Below are positions 29,622 to 40,200 of a DNA stretch of 64,000 bases, piece after piece. A model generated the notes under the pieces. That model worked only from the letters and a program-made list of their open reading frames with translations. It was not told the origin of the DNA and did no database searches. Numbering within the stretch: position 1 is the stretch's first letter; every line of letters begins with the position of its first letter. Origin of the DNA: Planctomycetia bacterium (GTDB taxonomy: Bacteria > Planctomycetota > UBA8108 > SXIK01); the NCBI GenBank assembly GCA_005772855.1, contig SXIK01000066.1, forward strand, positions 1,532 through 65,531. The letters are read 5' to 3'. Position numbers and translations under genes: made by a program.

Positions 29622-31066
29622 CTCCGGAAAAAACTAGCTGGGCATTGGCCCAGGAGATCTTCCATGCCATCGGAATGGCTGCCGTCGCCTCCCAGACGTA
29701 CTCGGTAAGCCATCGGCGGGTTGCGGAGGCGCTCGAGAAGGCGATCAGCCTGATCGAGCATCTCTTCCAGCAATTGACCAAAGCACAACACATTACCTTC
29801 ATGAGAAGCGGTGATCAGATCGAGTTCCGCAATGTCCCCCTGGCAAGAACAGGATACCTGGGCGATCGCCTTGCAAGGGCACTGAAGGCAAGGGGGTGCG
29901 CCGGGCTACAGCTCGAGCGAGGCATCACCGCACAGGATCTGGTCGCCCTCCTCACCGAGTTGCGCTGCGCCCGAATCCCGGACGGCGGATTCTCCGGGGA
30001 AGGAGAGAAGAATCGGGAGGGCGCAGTTCCAAAGTTCCATCTGGCCAGCCAGGCCGAGATCGACGAGATCCGCGCCAAGAACCTCCTTGGCCGCGGGGCG
30101 ACCTGGGGAACCCATGCCATCCCCGACCTCTCGGTATTCGAGGGAACCGCTCAAAATCTTCTCTCCGCCTACCGCGGGGTCTTCGCAAACCTGGGCCAGC
30201 CGATTCGTTTCAGCAAGGGGCTTCTTGCCGAGACCGTCGATCGAGTGGTGGCACTCCTCGGCTCCGAAAAGGAGCGCCTCGTGCTGGGGGCCAGCGGCGA
30301 ATATTTCGACGACTTCACGTACCGTCACTCGGTGAATGTTTGCCTCATCACGGCAATGCTCGCGAGCGAGATCATCAAGGACCCTCAGACTCTGCGCAGG
30401 ATCTCCGTGGCGGCGCTTCTGCATGATGTGGGGAAGGGCCGCGTGCCCGAGGAGATTCTCCACAAGCCTGGGAGGCTCACTCCTGAGGAGGAGGCCGTGG
30501 TGCAACTGCACCCCGGGCACGGGGCAGAGATTCTCCTCGCCGCGGAGGACATGGACCCCCTTTGCATTGCGGTGGCGTTTGGACACCACAAGGTCCTGGG
30601 ACGAAGCCCTTACCCTGGCACGCTTCGGCCGTATACGTGCGACTGGATCACACGCCTCGTCTCAATCGTCGATGTATACGAGGCCCTCACCGCCCAGCGA
30701 CCCTACAAGCGAGGCATGTCCACCGATGCTGCCTTCAAGATCATGCTGACAATGCCTGGAATGGATTCCCAGACACACCTCCTGAGGCTCCTTTACAACA
30801 CCTTGAGTCCCTTCCCCGTCGGGTCACTGGTTGAGCTATCAACCGGCGAACGAGCTGTCGTCACGGGGCTGAATCCTGAGACCCCCCGGCTCCCGAGGGT
30901 TCGAGTCTTGACCGATCCGTCTCGCCAGGAGTTGGCTGAGCCGCTCGACCTGGACCTCTCCCAACCGAGCACCTCGGCCTACCGAGGGACTCCTCGAGTT
31001 GTGAGTCAGGCAGTCGTCAAGCAGTCGCTGGACCACGACGCTCTCGCCGAAAATATCGAGCCCTAG
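29615..31066 (+). CDS. HD-GYP-type (HD superfamily) protein with a degenerate GYP signature; putative c-di-GMP phosphodiesterase or sensor
   Basis: ORF 29147..31066, trimmed to MLTPEKTSW (ATG at 29615, AGGAGG upstream). HD motif LLHDVGKGRVPEEILHKPGRLTPEE, a second His cluster AFGHHKVLGRSPYPG replacing the canonical HHE..DGSGYP, and a roughly 250-aa N-terminal domain of unknown function. Confidence 0.8.
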   Translation: MLTPEKTSWALAQEIFHAIGMAAVASQTYSVSHRRVAEALEKAISLIEHLFQQLTKAQHITFMRSGDQIEFRNVPLARTGYLGDRLARALKARGCAGLQLERGITAQDLVALLTELRCARIPDGGFSGEGEKNREGAVPKFHLASQAEIDEIRAKNLLGRGATWGTHAIPDLSVFEGTAQNLLSAYRGVFANLGQPIRFSKGLLAETVDRVVALLGSEKERLVLGASGEYFDDFTYRHSVNVCLITAMLASEIIKDPQTLRRISVAALLHDVGKGRVPEEILHKPGRLTPEEEAVVQLHPGHGAEILLAAEDMDPLCIAVAFGHHKVLGRSPYPGTLRPYTCDWITRLVSIVDVYEALTAQRPYKRGMSTDAAFKIMLTMPGMDSQTHLLRLLYNTLSPFPVGSLVELSTGERAVVTGLNPETPRLPRVRVLTDPSRQELAEPLDLDLSQPSTSAYRGTPRVVSQAVVKQSLDHDALAENIEP

Positions 31067-31453
31067 CCCACGGAAATCCTCGGCGCTCCGCTCAAGGGCA
31101 ACGAGACACTCATGGCGCGGGAAGGGTGAGCGTCGTGCTGCCGGGAGGAGTCGACGCGGGAATGATCGTTGCCGCCCCCCCCTCGATCTCGAACGCGCCG
31201 CCGATCAAGCAAGCCGTCTTGAAGCATCGATCGCGGCATCACGCCTTCGAGTATACCGCACGCGGGCAGTGATGAGACCTTTTGCAGCCTGCGAAAGGTT
31301 GCGGCTGCTCGCGCCAGAGGCGCCCGGCGCCCATCAGGCGCCGAGGAGGGGGAGGCCGAGTGTCGCGGCCGTCGTGGGGGAGGGTCCGCCTCCCCCACCA
31401 GCAGAAACGAGCAGCAGACTTGAGATGGTCCTCCTCTGCCCATTCGGAATGTC

Positions 31454-31687
31454 TCATGTGTGGGCGCGCGAGGTATAACAAGCGAGCTGCTTCAGGTCGG
31501 TCACACCTGTAGGCAGCTTCGCCTCATCGACGAGCATGCTGGGAATACCGTCCTCGATCGGGTAGGCGAGACCGCACTTCGTGCAAACGAGCGTTTCGCC
31601 CTCGAGGCGAAGGGGAGCCTTTCCGAGAGGGCAGACGAGAATATCGAGCAAGTCCTGCGGAATTATGGGGTCGGCCACGGTTGCCAT
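31454..31687 (-). CDS. Trm112/YcaR-like small zinc-ribbon protein
   Basis: [58 protein letters not shown] matches the Trm112 (UPF0434) pattern. The track ORF extends to 32059 (201 aa), but the upstream part is low-complexity, and this internal ATG has a GAGGA RBS. Confidence 0.55.
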   Translation of the reverse strand: MATVADPIIPQDLLDILVCPLGKAPLRLEGETLVCTKCGLAYPIEDGIPSMLVDEAKLPTGVTDLKQLACYTSRAHT

Positions 31688-32194
31688 ATTGTCCTCTGCT
31701 TTCAAATTCTTGCCAGCGGTTGCTGCATCTTGATCCAGCCGCCGCCCGCCCTTGAGCCAGCGACGCAGTGTTCGACAATAAATCGTGCCCTCGACACCCT
31801 CGCGAACACTTGGATGCACCGTGTCCTTCAGTTGAGGAGGGAGCTCATGGAAAACAAAAATACTGTCCACGAAAAACAAGGCCAAAGCAATGACTGCGTT
31901 GCCCAATACAGGATCGCAGCCTGATAGAGGCTCGTCCAGCGCTCCGGGGCCGTCCGCCGAGGCGTGGTCCGGAGCATGCGCCCAGCGCGTGAAGGAGGGA
32001 ACGCCTCCAGGGGCACGGTGCGGGGGAGGCCTTCCTCCCCGGCGAGCGAGGAAATTCATTATTTTCGCCCTTCAATCCAGGCAGACACGTCCATTATCCC
32101 CAGCTCTGACCTCCCGGCCTTCAAGTCCCGGTAACGGAGCCGGCTTTGCCGTACAGGTTGGAACATCGTACTTGTCTATGGAGGAGAAATCGCG

Positions 32195-33274
32195 TTGTCA
32201 CGTAACCACACTATCCACCCTGATGCCATTCCAGCTGGCGTCCTGGTCTTCGCCTCCGATTCGACGCACGGACACTCCGTTTCACTCTTGATTCAGCGTG
32301 CAGGCTTCCGCCGAGTTCTCGAGGCCAGCGAAATGGGGCTGGTGGACGATATCGTGGCGACTGGAGTTGTCCGCGCCGTCTTGCTGGCCATCGACGCAGA
32401 GGCCCCTGAAGCCCCTGGCCTCGTGGCCGGCCTGCGAGCCACGGCCGGGAGGTCAGGAAAGCGGCTCGCGATTCTTGTCCTGGCCCCTCACCCACCCCGT
32501 ACCCCTGTCCCCGCACGCGTCCACCTGGGCATCGACCAGCTGCTCCTGGAGCCGTTTGATCCGCTGGAGTTTGCGGACCAGTTCTCGAGGGTATTCGCCG
32601 ACACACAGTACGCTCCGGAGCCACATCCGGCCGCCTGCGAATGCTTGCCACGAACCGCGATTGCCGCACTCGCCCAGGTTGCCTCCTTGATCGAGCAGCG
32701 AGAGGACCCTTCCGGGAAACACACCGAGCGCGTGGGAGACATTTCCGCGGCCATTGCAAGGGGGATGGAATTCGAGGAGCAAGAGGTCGAGACCCTACGC
32801 CTCGCGGCTCAACTGCATGACCTGGGCAAGGCCTCGGTGGGTGACGCCATTATTCTCAAGCCGAGCCGGCTGACCGGGGAGGAGTTCGAGCGCCTCAAAA
32901 TCCACACCCTGGAAGGCGCCAGATTACTCGAGGGCACAGGACTTCCGCTCCTCGATGCGGCCGCCCAAATCGCGGCGCACCACCACGAGGCGTGGAATGG
33001 GTCGGGATACCCCCATGGCCTCAAGGGAGAGGCCATACCGCTCAGGGGAAGGATTGTGGCGCTGGCGGATTTCTTTGACTCGTTGACTCATGACCGAGTC
33101 TATCGACGCGCGCTCCCGAGGGACTTGGTCATCGAGACCGTGAAGACAAACGCCAACGAGCAGTTTGATCCTGAAGTTGTTCGCGCCTTCCTGAAGATCA
33201 GTAGCTCGACGACCGAGAGCCAAGTAGCGCAAGAAGTACAGCTTGTGGCAGTCACGGGGAGCTCCGAAACTTGA
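32195..33274 (+). CDS. Response-regulator-like receiver domain fused to a canonical HD-GYP c-di-GMP phosphodiesterase domain (RpfG-like)
   Basis: N-terminal CheY-like region (VLVFASDS...AVLLAIDAEAP). C-terminal HD-GYP with LHDLGK and HHHEAWNGSGYPHGL. Confidence 0.85.
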   Translation: MSRNHTIHPDAIPAGVLVFASDSTHGHSVSLLIQRAGFRRVLEASEMGLVDDIVATGVVRAVLLAIDAEAPEAPGLVAGLRATAGRSGKRLAILVLAPHPPRTPVPARVHLGIDQLLLEPFDPLEFADQFSRVFADTQYAPEPHPAACECLPRTAIAALAQVASLIEQREDPSGKHTERVGDISAAIARGMEFEEQEVETLRLAAQLHDLGKASVGDAIILKPSRLTGEEFERLKIHTLEGARLLEGTGLPLLDAAAQIAAHHHEAWNGSGYPHGLKGEAIPLRGRIVALADFFDSLTHDRVYRRALPRDLVIETVKTNANEQFDPEVVRAFLKISSSTTESQVAQEVQLVAVTGSSET

Positions 33275-33912
33275 GAGTCTACAACTCACAAAAGGCCCTC
33301 AAACTGCTCAGCTGGGGGAGTGCGAACACGACACCCAACATCCAGGCGATCGCGACCCCATCCGAGGACCCCGTCACGTCGGTTCTCGTTCAACTGATAA
33401 ACAAAGTGCGTGCGGCAGAGGAAGCGGTTCGCGAGGTGGGCTTTTCTCATGAAGCGACTCAGGCCCTGGGAACCAGCAGCACTGCCACGACCGAGATCCA
33501 ATCCCTGCTGCACCATCTCGAAGCCCTTTTGGCCACTACGGGAGTCCACCCTCGAGGGCGAGAGGCTGCGATCAACGGGTCCTTCCGTCTTTACGGTCCG
33601 ATCCAGAAGCTCTCGCCGGTGGAAGTCATCGAGTTCACACGAAACTCACGGAAAACAGGCTGTGTGACCGTAGAGGATGGAGATTTCATTGGGCTCCTGA
33701 GCATTCTCGACGGTGAGGTCATCTACGCTGAGGCCGGTGACCATCTCGGTTTCGAAGCCTTCTGCGAGATCCTCCAGGCCACCGACGGCAAGGTAGAATT
33801 TTTGAGCCTCCCGATCTCTCCCGAGCAAAGAAACATCCAATACCCGACGGTGGAGCTACTCTTCCGGGCCCTGCAGTCGCTCGACGAGCGAAGCTGTGAG
33901 ATGAGACGCTAG
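33271..33912 (+). CDS. DUF4388-domain protein
   Basis: Start overlaps the upstream stop by 4 nt. The C-terminal block GSFRLYGPIQKLSPVEVIEFTRNSRKTGCVTVEDGDFIGLLSILDGEVIYAEAGDHLGFEAFCEIL follows the DUF4388 pattern. Confidence 0.65.
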   Translation: MRVYNSQKALKLLSWGSANTTPNIQAIATPSEDPVTSVLVQLINKVRAAEEAVREVGFSHEATQALGTSSTATTEIQSLLHHLEALLATTGVHPRGREAAINGSFRLYGPIQKLSPVEVIEFTRNSRKTGCVTVEDGDFIGLLSILDGEVIYAEAGDHLGFEAFCEILQATDGKVEFLSLPISPEQRNIQYPTVELLFRALQSLDERSCEMRR

Positions 33913-34062
33913 TCACCGGCTGACCAGGTCCGTGCGGAGGAGTTGCAAGCGCCGACGGGTATCCATGTGCCTGGTTGAGTCCCCGGATTCGTCGCCAAAG
34001 AGTAGCGCGAGCTCTCCTCTACCGATGGTGCGAAGAGACTTTGCAGGTAACATGGCGGGTGC

Positions 34063-35076
34063 ATGCGACGGGCCCTGGCTTTCATCAACCCCCGGCTGAC
34101 CACCCAGAACGTTGGCGACATCTTCATCGAGGATAGCGTGAAGCGGATTCTCGTCCACGACACCGCGAATAGCGTGGACATTGATCCTCGAAGACCCCTC
34201 CATCAAGCCGATTTCGACCGTATCAACCACTGCCATGCGGCCATCATCGTCGGGACCAACCTCTGGTATCGCGAGCTTCGTCGGCCCGGCCGCTGGACTC
34301 TCACGATCGATGACCTTCGCAAGATCCGAGTGCCCGTGATCCCATTTGGAGTGGGCACCTCGCGGCGCTTCGACGAAGATGATGGCTTCGCGACCGAAAC
34401 CCTCGAGCAGCTCTGCTGGATTCACGGGAGCTGCACGGTCGGGAGCGCACGCGATCCACGCACGGCTCAGGCGCTAACTGCAGCAGGCATCCAGAATGTA
34501 GCCATGACGGGCTGCCCCACGCTCTTCCGCTCGCTCGAAGCCTGCTGGGGCCTTGTTCAGAAGCCCCAGGCGAGCCGGGTCGTAGTCACGACCCGAAACG
34601 GCCACAGCCAGAGCGCCCGATCCCTTCTTCGCCACCTCCGCGCACTCGGCCTTGATCCCGTGATCGCGGCACAAAAGCCTCACGACCGGATTCGTCGATC
34701 AGCGAACCCCTTCTCGGGGCCTGCTGCGCCAACTCTTTTTCGCCATGATATCGAGCCCTACCTCAAGCTTGTCAAGGAGACGCTTGGTGCCGTGGGTTGG
34801 CGGCTTCATGGAAACATGCTCCACCTCGCGCACGGCAATCCGGCCATCTTTTTTGCCAACAACAGTCGGGCTCAATCTTTCTGCGAGGCATTCGGACTGC
34901 CTTGCATCTCCGCAGCCGATGGTGAGAAGATCGAACCCGAGCGAATCGCCGAGCACGCCTCGCTCCTTCAGGATCCGCTGACTTTCAGGAAAGTTCCCGA
35001 ACGCTATCAAGCTGCAAGGGGTGCGATGGTACGTTTCCTCGACGCAAACGGACTGGAGCACCGGCTCGGGCCATGA
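34063..35076 (+). CDS. Polysaccharide pyruvyl transferase family protein (CsaB/WcaK-like)
   Basis: N-terminal NVGDIFIEDSVKRIL (the GNxGD-like motif of PS_pyruv_trans), length about 337 aa, Rossmann-like layout. Confidence 0.65.
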   Translation: MRRALAFINPRLTTQNVGDIFIEDSVKRILVHDTANSVDIDPRRPLHQADFDRINHCHAAIIVGTNLWYRELRRPGRWTLTIDDLRKIRVPVIPFGVGTSRRFDEDDGFATETLEQLCWIHGSCTVGSARDPRTAQALTAAGIQNVAMTGCPTLFRSLEACWGLVQKPQASRVVVTTRNGHSQSARSLLRHLRALGLDPVIAAQKPHDRIRRSANPFSGPAAPTLFRHDIEPYLKLVKETLGAVGWRLHGNMLHLAHGNPAIFFANNSRAQSFCEAFGLPCISAADGEKIEPERIAEHASLLQDPLTFRKVPERYQAARGAMVRFLDANGLEHRLGP

Positions 35077-35220
35077 CGGATCTTCGTCTGCGAAGCAGCC
35101 CTGGCCAGGGACCTTTCGAGGAAGAGCTCGCGGAGACAGAAAATCAGACTCCGAGGAAAGCTATGGGATCGCTGCTTGCGCCTTGATTCGAGGCCCGCAG
35201 CGCTTGTACAACGAGCTCCC

Positions 35221-35967
35221 ATGTCGACTACGCTTCGCCAAAGAATCGCCGCCCGCCGCCGGATCTACTTGCTCCGCCACGGGGAGGTAAACTATTTTGA
35301 CTTGCACGGGAAGCCGTTCCCTCACTACGCGGTGGGGCTGAGCAGTCGAGGGATTGAGCAGGCACGGGCAGCCGCCAGGGCCCTGAGAGAAGCCCCCATC
35401 GACCTCGTAATCCACACAGGGCTCCCGCGGACACAAGCCACCGCGGAGATCACTATTGGAGGCCGACCCGTCCCTGTCGAGATTTCTGAAGCCCTCCGCG
35501 AAGTAAACCCTGGACCCTTCGAGCTTTCGCCCCAAGGCTCCAGGCTTGAGACCTACTTCACGTCCGCTTTCAAGGAAGCGCTGACACGCGAGACGCGGTT
35601 TCTCGGAGGCGAGGCCTACGGGGAGTTCGAGGACAGAGTGCTGCCAGCATTTCGACGCATTGTCGAGAGAGTGAGCTGGAAGCATCTCCTGATCGTGGCG
35701 CACGGAGGCACCAACCGCGTCATCCTCCGTCATGCTCTCCACGCGGGAATGGAGAGCATGGGCCGGATCGAGCAGGAGGCAGGTTGCATCAACATCATCG
35801 ATTTACATGAAAACGATCAACTCCTCGTGCGCCAGATGAACTTCACTCCTTACTCCCCACTGAAAACAAACATCTGGGCCACAACCATGGAGCAGATCTA
35901 TCTCGATTACTTCGATGGCTCACCGAGGACTGTCCTCACAGAGGACCCACACGGAGCAGGGAAGTAG
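35221..35967 (+). CDS. Histidine phosphatase superfamily protein (phosphoglycerate-mutase-like)
   Basis: ORF 35176..35967, trimmed to the ATG at MSTTLRQRIAARRRIYLLRHGE (the RHG catalytic motif); a second conserved His sits in VAHGGTNRV. Confidence 0.8.
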   Translation: MSTTLRQRIAARRRIYLLRHGEVNYFDLHGKPFPHYAVGLSSRGIEQARAAARALREAPIDLVIHTGLPRTQATAEITIGGRPVPVEISEALREVNPGPFELSPQGSRLETYFTSAFKEALTRETRFLGGEAYGEFEDRVLPAFRRIVERVSWKHLLIVAHGGTNRVILRHALHAGMESMGRIEQEAGCINIIDLHENDQLLVRQMNFTPYSPLKTNIWATTMEQIYLDYFDGSPRTVLTEDPHGAGK

Positions 35968-36042
35968 CGACGCGAGTGCCGATTTCAAGAGGAAATCACT
36001 CGCCCCGACGCCGAAATCAGAAGCTATTCAGCACCCAAGCAC

Positions 36043-37020
36043 TCACCGATCGACGAAACTGGCCATGGGCCGCGTGTGCTGTGAATCTTCCCAGCCGGTC
36101 GCCTGCGCATGAACCCTGTCACGCCCTTCCTTCTTCGCGTGGTAGGTGGCGCTGTCAACACAGCGAACAAGGTCTTCCGGCCCTTTCATTTCGTCGCGGA
36201 GCTGAGCGACTCCAAAGCTCGCCGTCAGGTGGATGGTTCGTTGACCTGCGGTGATCGCAAGTGCCTTGAGCTTTTCACGCAAGCGCTCCGCGTAAAGTGT
36301 CGCACCCTCAAGGTCCGTTTCAGGCAGAATCAAGACCGCTTCTTCACCCCCATAACGGCACGCGAAGTCAGTACCTCGAGCATTCGCCAGCAGCAAATTG
36401 GAGATCTCGATCAGAACCTTGTCCCCGATCGGGTGACCGTAGGTGTCGTTGATCCCCTTGAAGTTGTCGACGTCCATGAGAACAAGAGAGAGCGGACGTT
36501 GGTAACGGCGTGAGCGGTGAAACTCCCGGATGAGCGTGCTCTGGAAAAAGCCACGGTTATATAGGCCTGTAAGCGCATCCGTGCTAGCACTTCTGAGAAG
36601 AGAGTCTTCCGCCCGAAAGGTCACCTCGTCCCAGAGGTAAAAACCGATGAGCGTTCGCCCCAGGAGGATCTTGTCGCCGTTCGATAGCTCCTTGGTGCTG
36701 ATGCGGACACCGTTCACATAAGTGCCATTCCTGCTGTCCAGGTCAGTCAGGGCGATCTGCGGTTTGGCGACTGGCTCACTCAGGTTCGTGAAAATGAATC
36801 GTGCATGGCGGCGGGAGCAATTTGCGTCGTGAAGAACAATATCGGCGGTGTCATCACGGCCCACCGTGAGCTCCTGTTGCTTGATCTCGTATCGCCGCGA
36901 GGTTCGCCGTCCGTCGAGTACGACCAGGACGGCGTGCTCCCTCCCCGACGGGAGACAGGTGGGATCGAGGCCCCAGGGCTGCTGGGCACCGTTCAAGCTC
37001 TTCGTGTCGGGTATTTTCAT
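36043..37020 (-). CDS. FHA-domain-containing diguanylate cyclase (FHA-GGDEF)
   Basis: ORF 36043..37032; the first ATG is at MKIPDTK. FHA block TVGRDDTADIVLHDANCSRRHARF...DLDSRNGTYVNGVRI. GGDEF domain with I-site RGTD and the active-site variant RYGGEEA (GGEEA in place of GGEEF). Confidence 0.85.
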   Translation of the reverse strand: MKIPDTKSLNGAQQPWGLDPTCLPSGREHAVLVVLDGRRTSRRYEIKQQELTVGRDDTADIVLHDANCSRRHARFIFTNLSEPVAKPQIALTDLDSRNGTYVNGVRISTKELSNGDKILLGRTLIGFYLWDEVTFRAEDSLLRSASTDALTGLYNRGFFQSTLIREFHRSRRYQRPLSLVLMDVDNFKGINDTYGHPIGDKVLIEISNLLLANARGTDFACRYGGEEAVLILPETDLEGATLYAERLREKLKALAITAGQRTIHLTASFGVAQLRDEMKGPEDLVRCVDSATYHAKKEGRDRVHAQATGWEDSQHTRPMASFVDR

Positions 37021-37231
37021 TTCATGCTGCAAAGAGAAGCTCTCCCGGACTTCAATCGGCAGCGTCCAGGGAGGGGGTTGACCCTTTGCTTTTCCCGGCC
37101 TTGCTCAATGGTTTGTTATCACCACTTCCAACAAGCTTCGGCGGTTGCGTTGTAAGATTCCGGTGGGCTGGATGCCAGGGCTAGTCGCGCACCCCAGCGA
37201 CTCGCAAAGCGGACTCCAGAGGGGTCCTGGC

Positions 37232-40200
37232 TTATCGACTCAGCTCAATCATTTGCGCCACCGGGACCGAGGCGAACCGACAACCCTCCGCCATGGTTTC
37301 GATGTCCTTCGCTCCGGTGGTCTTGCGATAAGCCTGAGCTTGAGTGGGCTGCAACGTGCGCAGGATCACGTTGAGTCCAGAACTCGCGTGCTTGAATCTG
37401 ACTTCGGCCTCAAGGAAGCGCTTGTTGGCAAGAAATAGTTTGCCCAGCTGGTACCGTGTCTGCCAGAGGATCTCCGGGTAAGGAGCCTGGGCTGCCATGT
37501 TTTCCGCGAAAAGCAAGTTGCGCTCGGCACGGCTAGGTTGGCCACCTGGGATAACGGATTCCAGAGCCGCAGTGGCAAATAAGTAGCGGCACCGCAGGTA
37601 GGAGAGCTGAAGCTTTTCGGCCAAGTGTAGGCCCTCCTCGAAGTTCAGATAGGCTTGCTCATGTTGGCTCCGCTTGAGACACAGAAGCCCGTGCTCCAGA
37701 TACAGGTGCGCCAAGTCCCTCGCGCTGCCATGAGTCGTCAGCATTTCCGTGGCCTCGGTGAATACTTTCTCGGCATTGTCGAGCTTACCCTCGTCGGCCA
37801 GAACCATTCCCTCAATGAGACGAGCCCAGCCACCCAGCGACGGCAAGTCATGATTCCTTGACGCCTCGAATAGAGACACAATGGCCCTGCGCGCCTCGCC
37901 CGTGCGTCCAAGTCGACACAGGAGGTACCCTTGCTGAGTGGTCAGGCGCGCCACTGCGACGTGGCCCCTGAGGTCTCTGGCAGCCAGGACTCCCTCCGCC
38001 ACATGGTTGAGAGCCATGCCGAGATCACCCCTGTAGAGGGCCAGGTCACTCAGAAGCCCAAATATACCCAGCATGCCGGCATTGGAGCCGCGACCGGCAC
38101 CGCTCATCCTCTCCGCTTCCTCAAGATGTCGCTTCGCGTTTTGCAGCTCACCCTTGTCGCTGGCAACTCCGGCCATTGTGAGAAGGGTCTGCAGAGTCAG
38201 GCGACGCTTCTCGAGTGGCCCCATACGTCGCAACGCTTCCTCAATGACCTCGTGGCAAGCATCATATTCGCCCAGCAATCGGCACACTTCGGCAAGCGTA
38301 CAAAGAGCCGCCACGGAGTGGCACAAGTTGCCGGTTTTCGCGTAGAGGGACACTGCCTCCTCGAGGCTGGCTCGGGCCTCAACCTGGTTTCCTATCAGGT
38401 GGTACAATATGCCAATCTCTCGATGGCAGTCGGCCTGCCCGTCCAACGCACTGGTCTTGCGCCGCAGAAGGAGGCAAAGCTGAAACTGACGCAAAGCCTT
38501 GTGGAAATGTCTCTGATAGAGGTGGTACTTTCCACGACAGTACAGGCTCCAGGCCAACAGCTTTGAATCGTGCTGAGCCTCAATTAACCGCAGGGCCGTC
38601 TGGCAGTGACCGATCGCATTCTCCGAGCTGTTCAAGACAGAGTGATTCTCTGCTATCAGCATGTGGAGCTGCGACAAGAAGTATGGGTCTTTGAGCTCAC
38701 AGTTTGATTTCAAGAGTCGAGTACAGCATCGGAGGCTCTCAACAAGGTTGCCCTTGTAATAATGGAGTTCCGCCAGGGCCATCATGATGGCCGCCAACTC
38801 TGCCGTGGACTCACTGCCCTTGTCGGGTCGAACTGAGCGGTTCAGAAGAGCAGTGGCCTGGTCGAATCGTCCAAGCCGAGCGTAAGCCCGCGCCGCTTCG
38901 AGATAGACGCTGACCTTCTCCTGTCGCTTCAAGTCAGGCGGAAGTCGAGTGAGGTCAAGCAGATCAAGCGCTGCACTGTAGTCGCCGACCTGAAATTTCA
39001 GGGAAGCAATCGCACGCTCAATCTGAAAACGCAGGCTGCGCTCATCCGGTCCAACAAGGCCAAGCACTCGTTCGTAAGTCTCCATCGCCTGGATGGGAGC
39101 AAACTCTCTCGCCAGGTCCTTTGCCGCCTCGATTCCATACCGAATTCCCTTCTCCTTGTTCCCGGCTCGAATGTAGTGGTGAGCCAGGATCCTGGAGGAA
39201 TCCTTCCCAAGCGAGGCGACTCGCGACTCGCAAAGGACACCCGCTTTTTCGTGATACGCGGAGCGTTGCTCCTCCGGAATGCTGTTGTAAAGGATGGCTC
39301 GGGCGCTCGAGTGCACAAAGGAATAAGCACCCGCCCGATTCTCCGCGCCGCCACCCTGCAAAATTCTTTCAAGCGTCAAGACTTCCAAGCACTTCACGGC
39401 ATTCCGTTCGGGAATTCCTGACAGATGGACAGCGACGTCAAGCTCACACACGTCGCCCATGCAGGCGAAGGCTCTTCCTATCTGAAGCACTTCCTCTGGC
39501 AGTTTCGTGATGCGATACTTGAGCTCACGGCGGACCTTACCGGGAAGATCCTCGCTTTCGTAGTCGCTCCCCAGCGCCCAGCCCTGTGCCACCCGTGCAA
39601 TCTTGCCCCGGTGAAGAAGGTGTCGGAGGATGTCAATGACGATCTCAGTGTTGCCATCGCTTTCCTCGAGCACTCTCTGAACGAACGCCTCGGGACATTC
39701 GAGCCCGACGAAGGCGGTGCGCACAAATTCCGCAACCTTCTGCTCATCAAATCGCCGCAACTCAATCTCGAGTACGTTCTCTCGAAAAAACGTCGTGTCG
39801 CAAAGACGCAGGAAATCGCTGCTTCCCAGCTCGGCTCGCTCAAGGACGGTGCCCGTCATGAGAAGCTTTGATCGGGCCACGGATCCCCCCAGCGAGGAAC
39901 GTATCAGAGACTCGAGCAGATGCAAGATTGGCGTGCCGGCCAGGTGCAGGTCGTGAAAGCAAACCACGATCGGAGACTCCTGGCTGGCTTTCAGAAGCGC
40001 GTGAACTGCCTCCTTGAGCACAGGCTCGTACCCCTGGACGGGATTGTCCTTCAAGTCCTGAAGCCTCTGCACAAACCCAAACGCATTTTCGACGAAGGTC
40101 AAGGATCGCACTCTTCCGCGCAACTCGTCAATCGCACCAAGGTCGGCCACAATGCGTTCGAAGCCCTGCCCCGCCCTGGAATGGGCACCACATTCAATCT

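Noticed and set aside
31688-32059. N-terminal 124 codons of the 201-aa ORF containing the Trm112-like sequence
   Set aside because: This part is low-complexity and lacks Trm112 similarity. An internal ATG with a GAGGA RBS gives a protein of typical Trm112 length. I kept only the short form and flagged the uncertainty.
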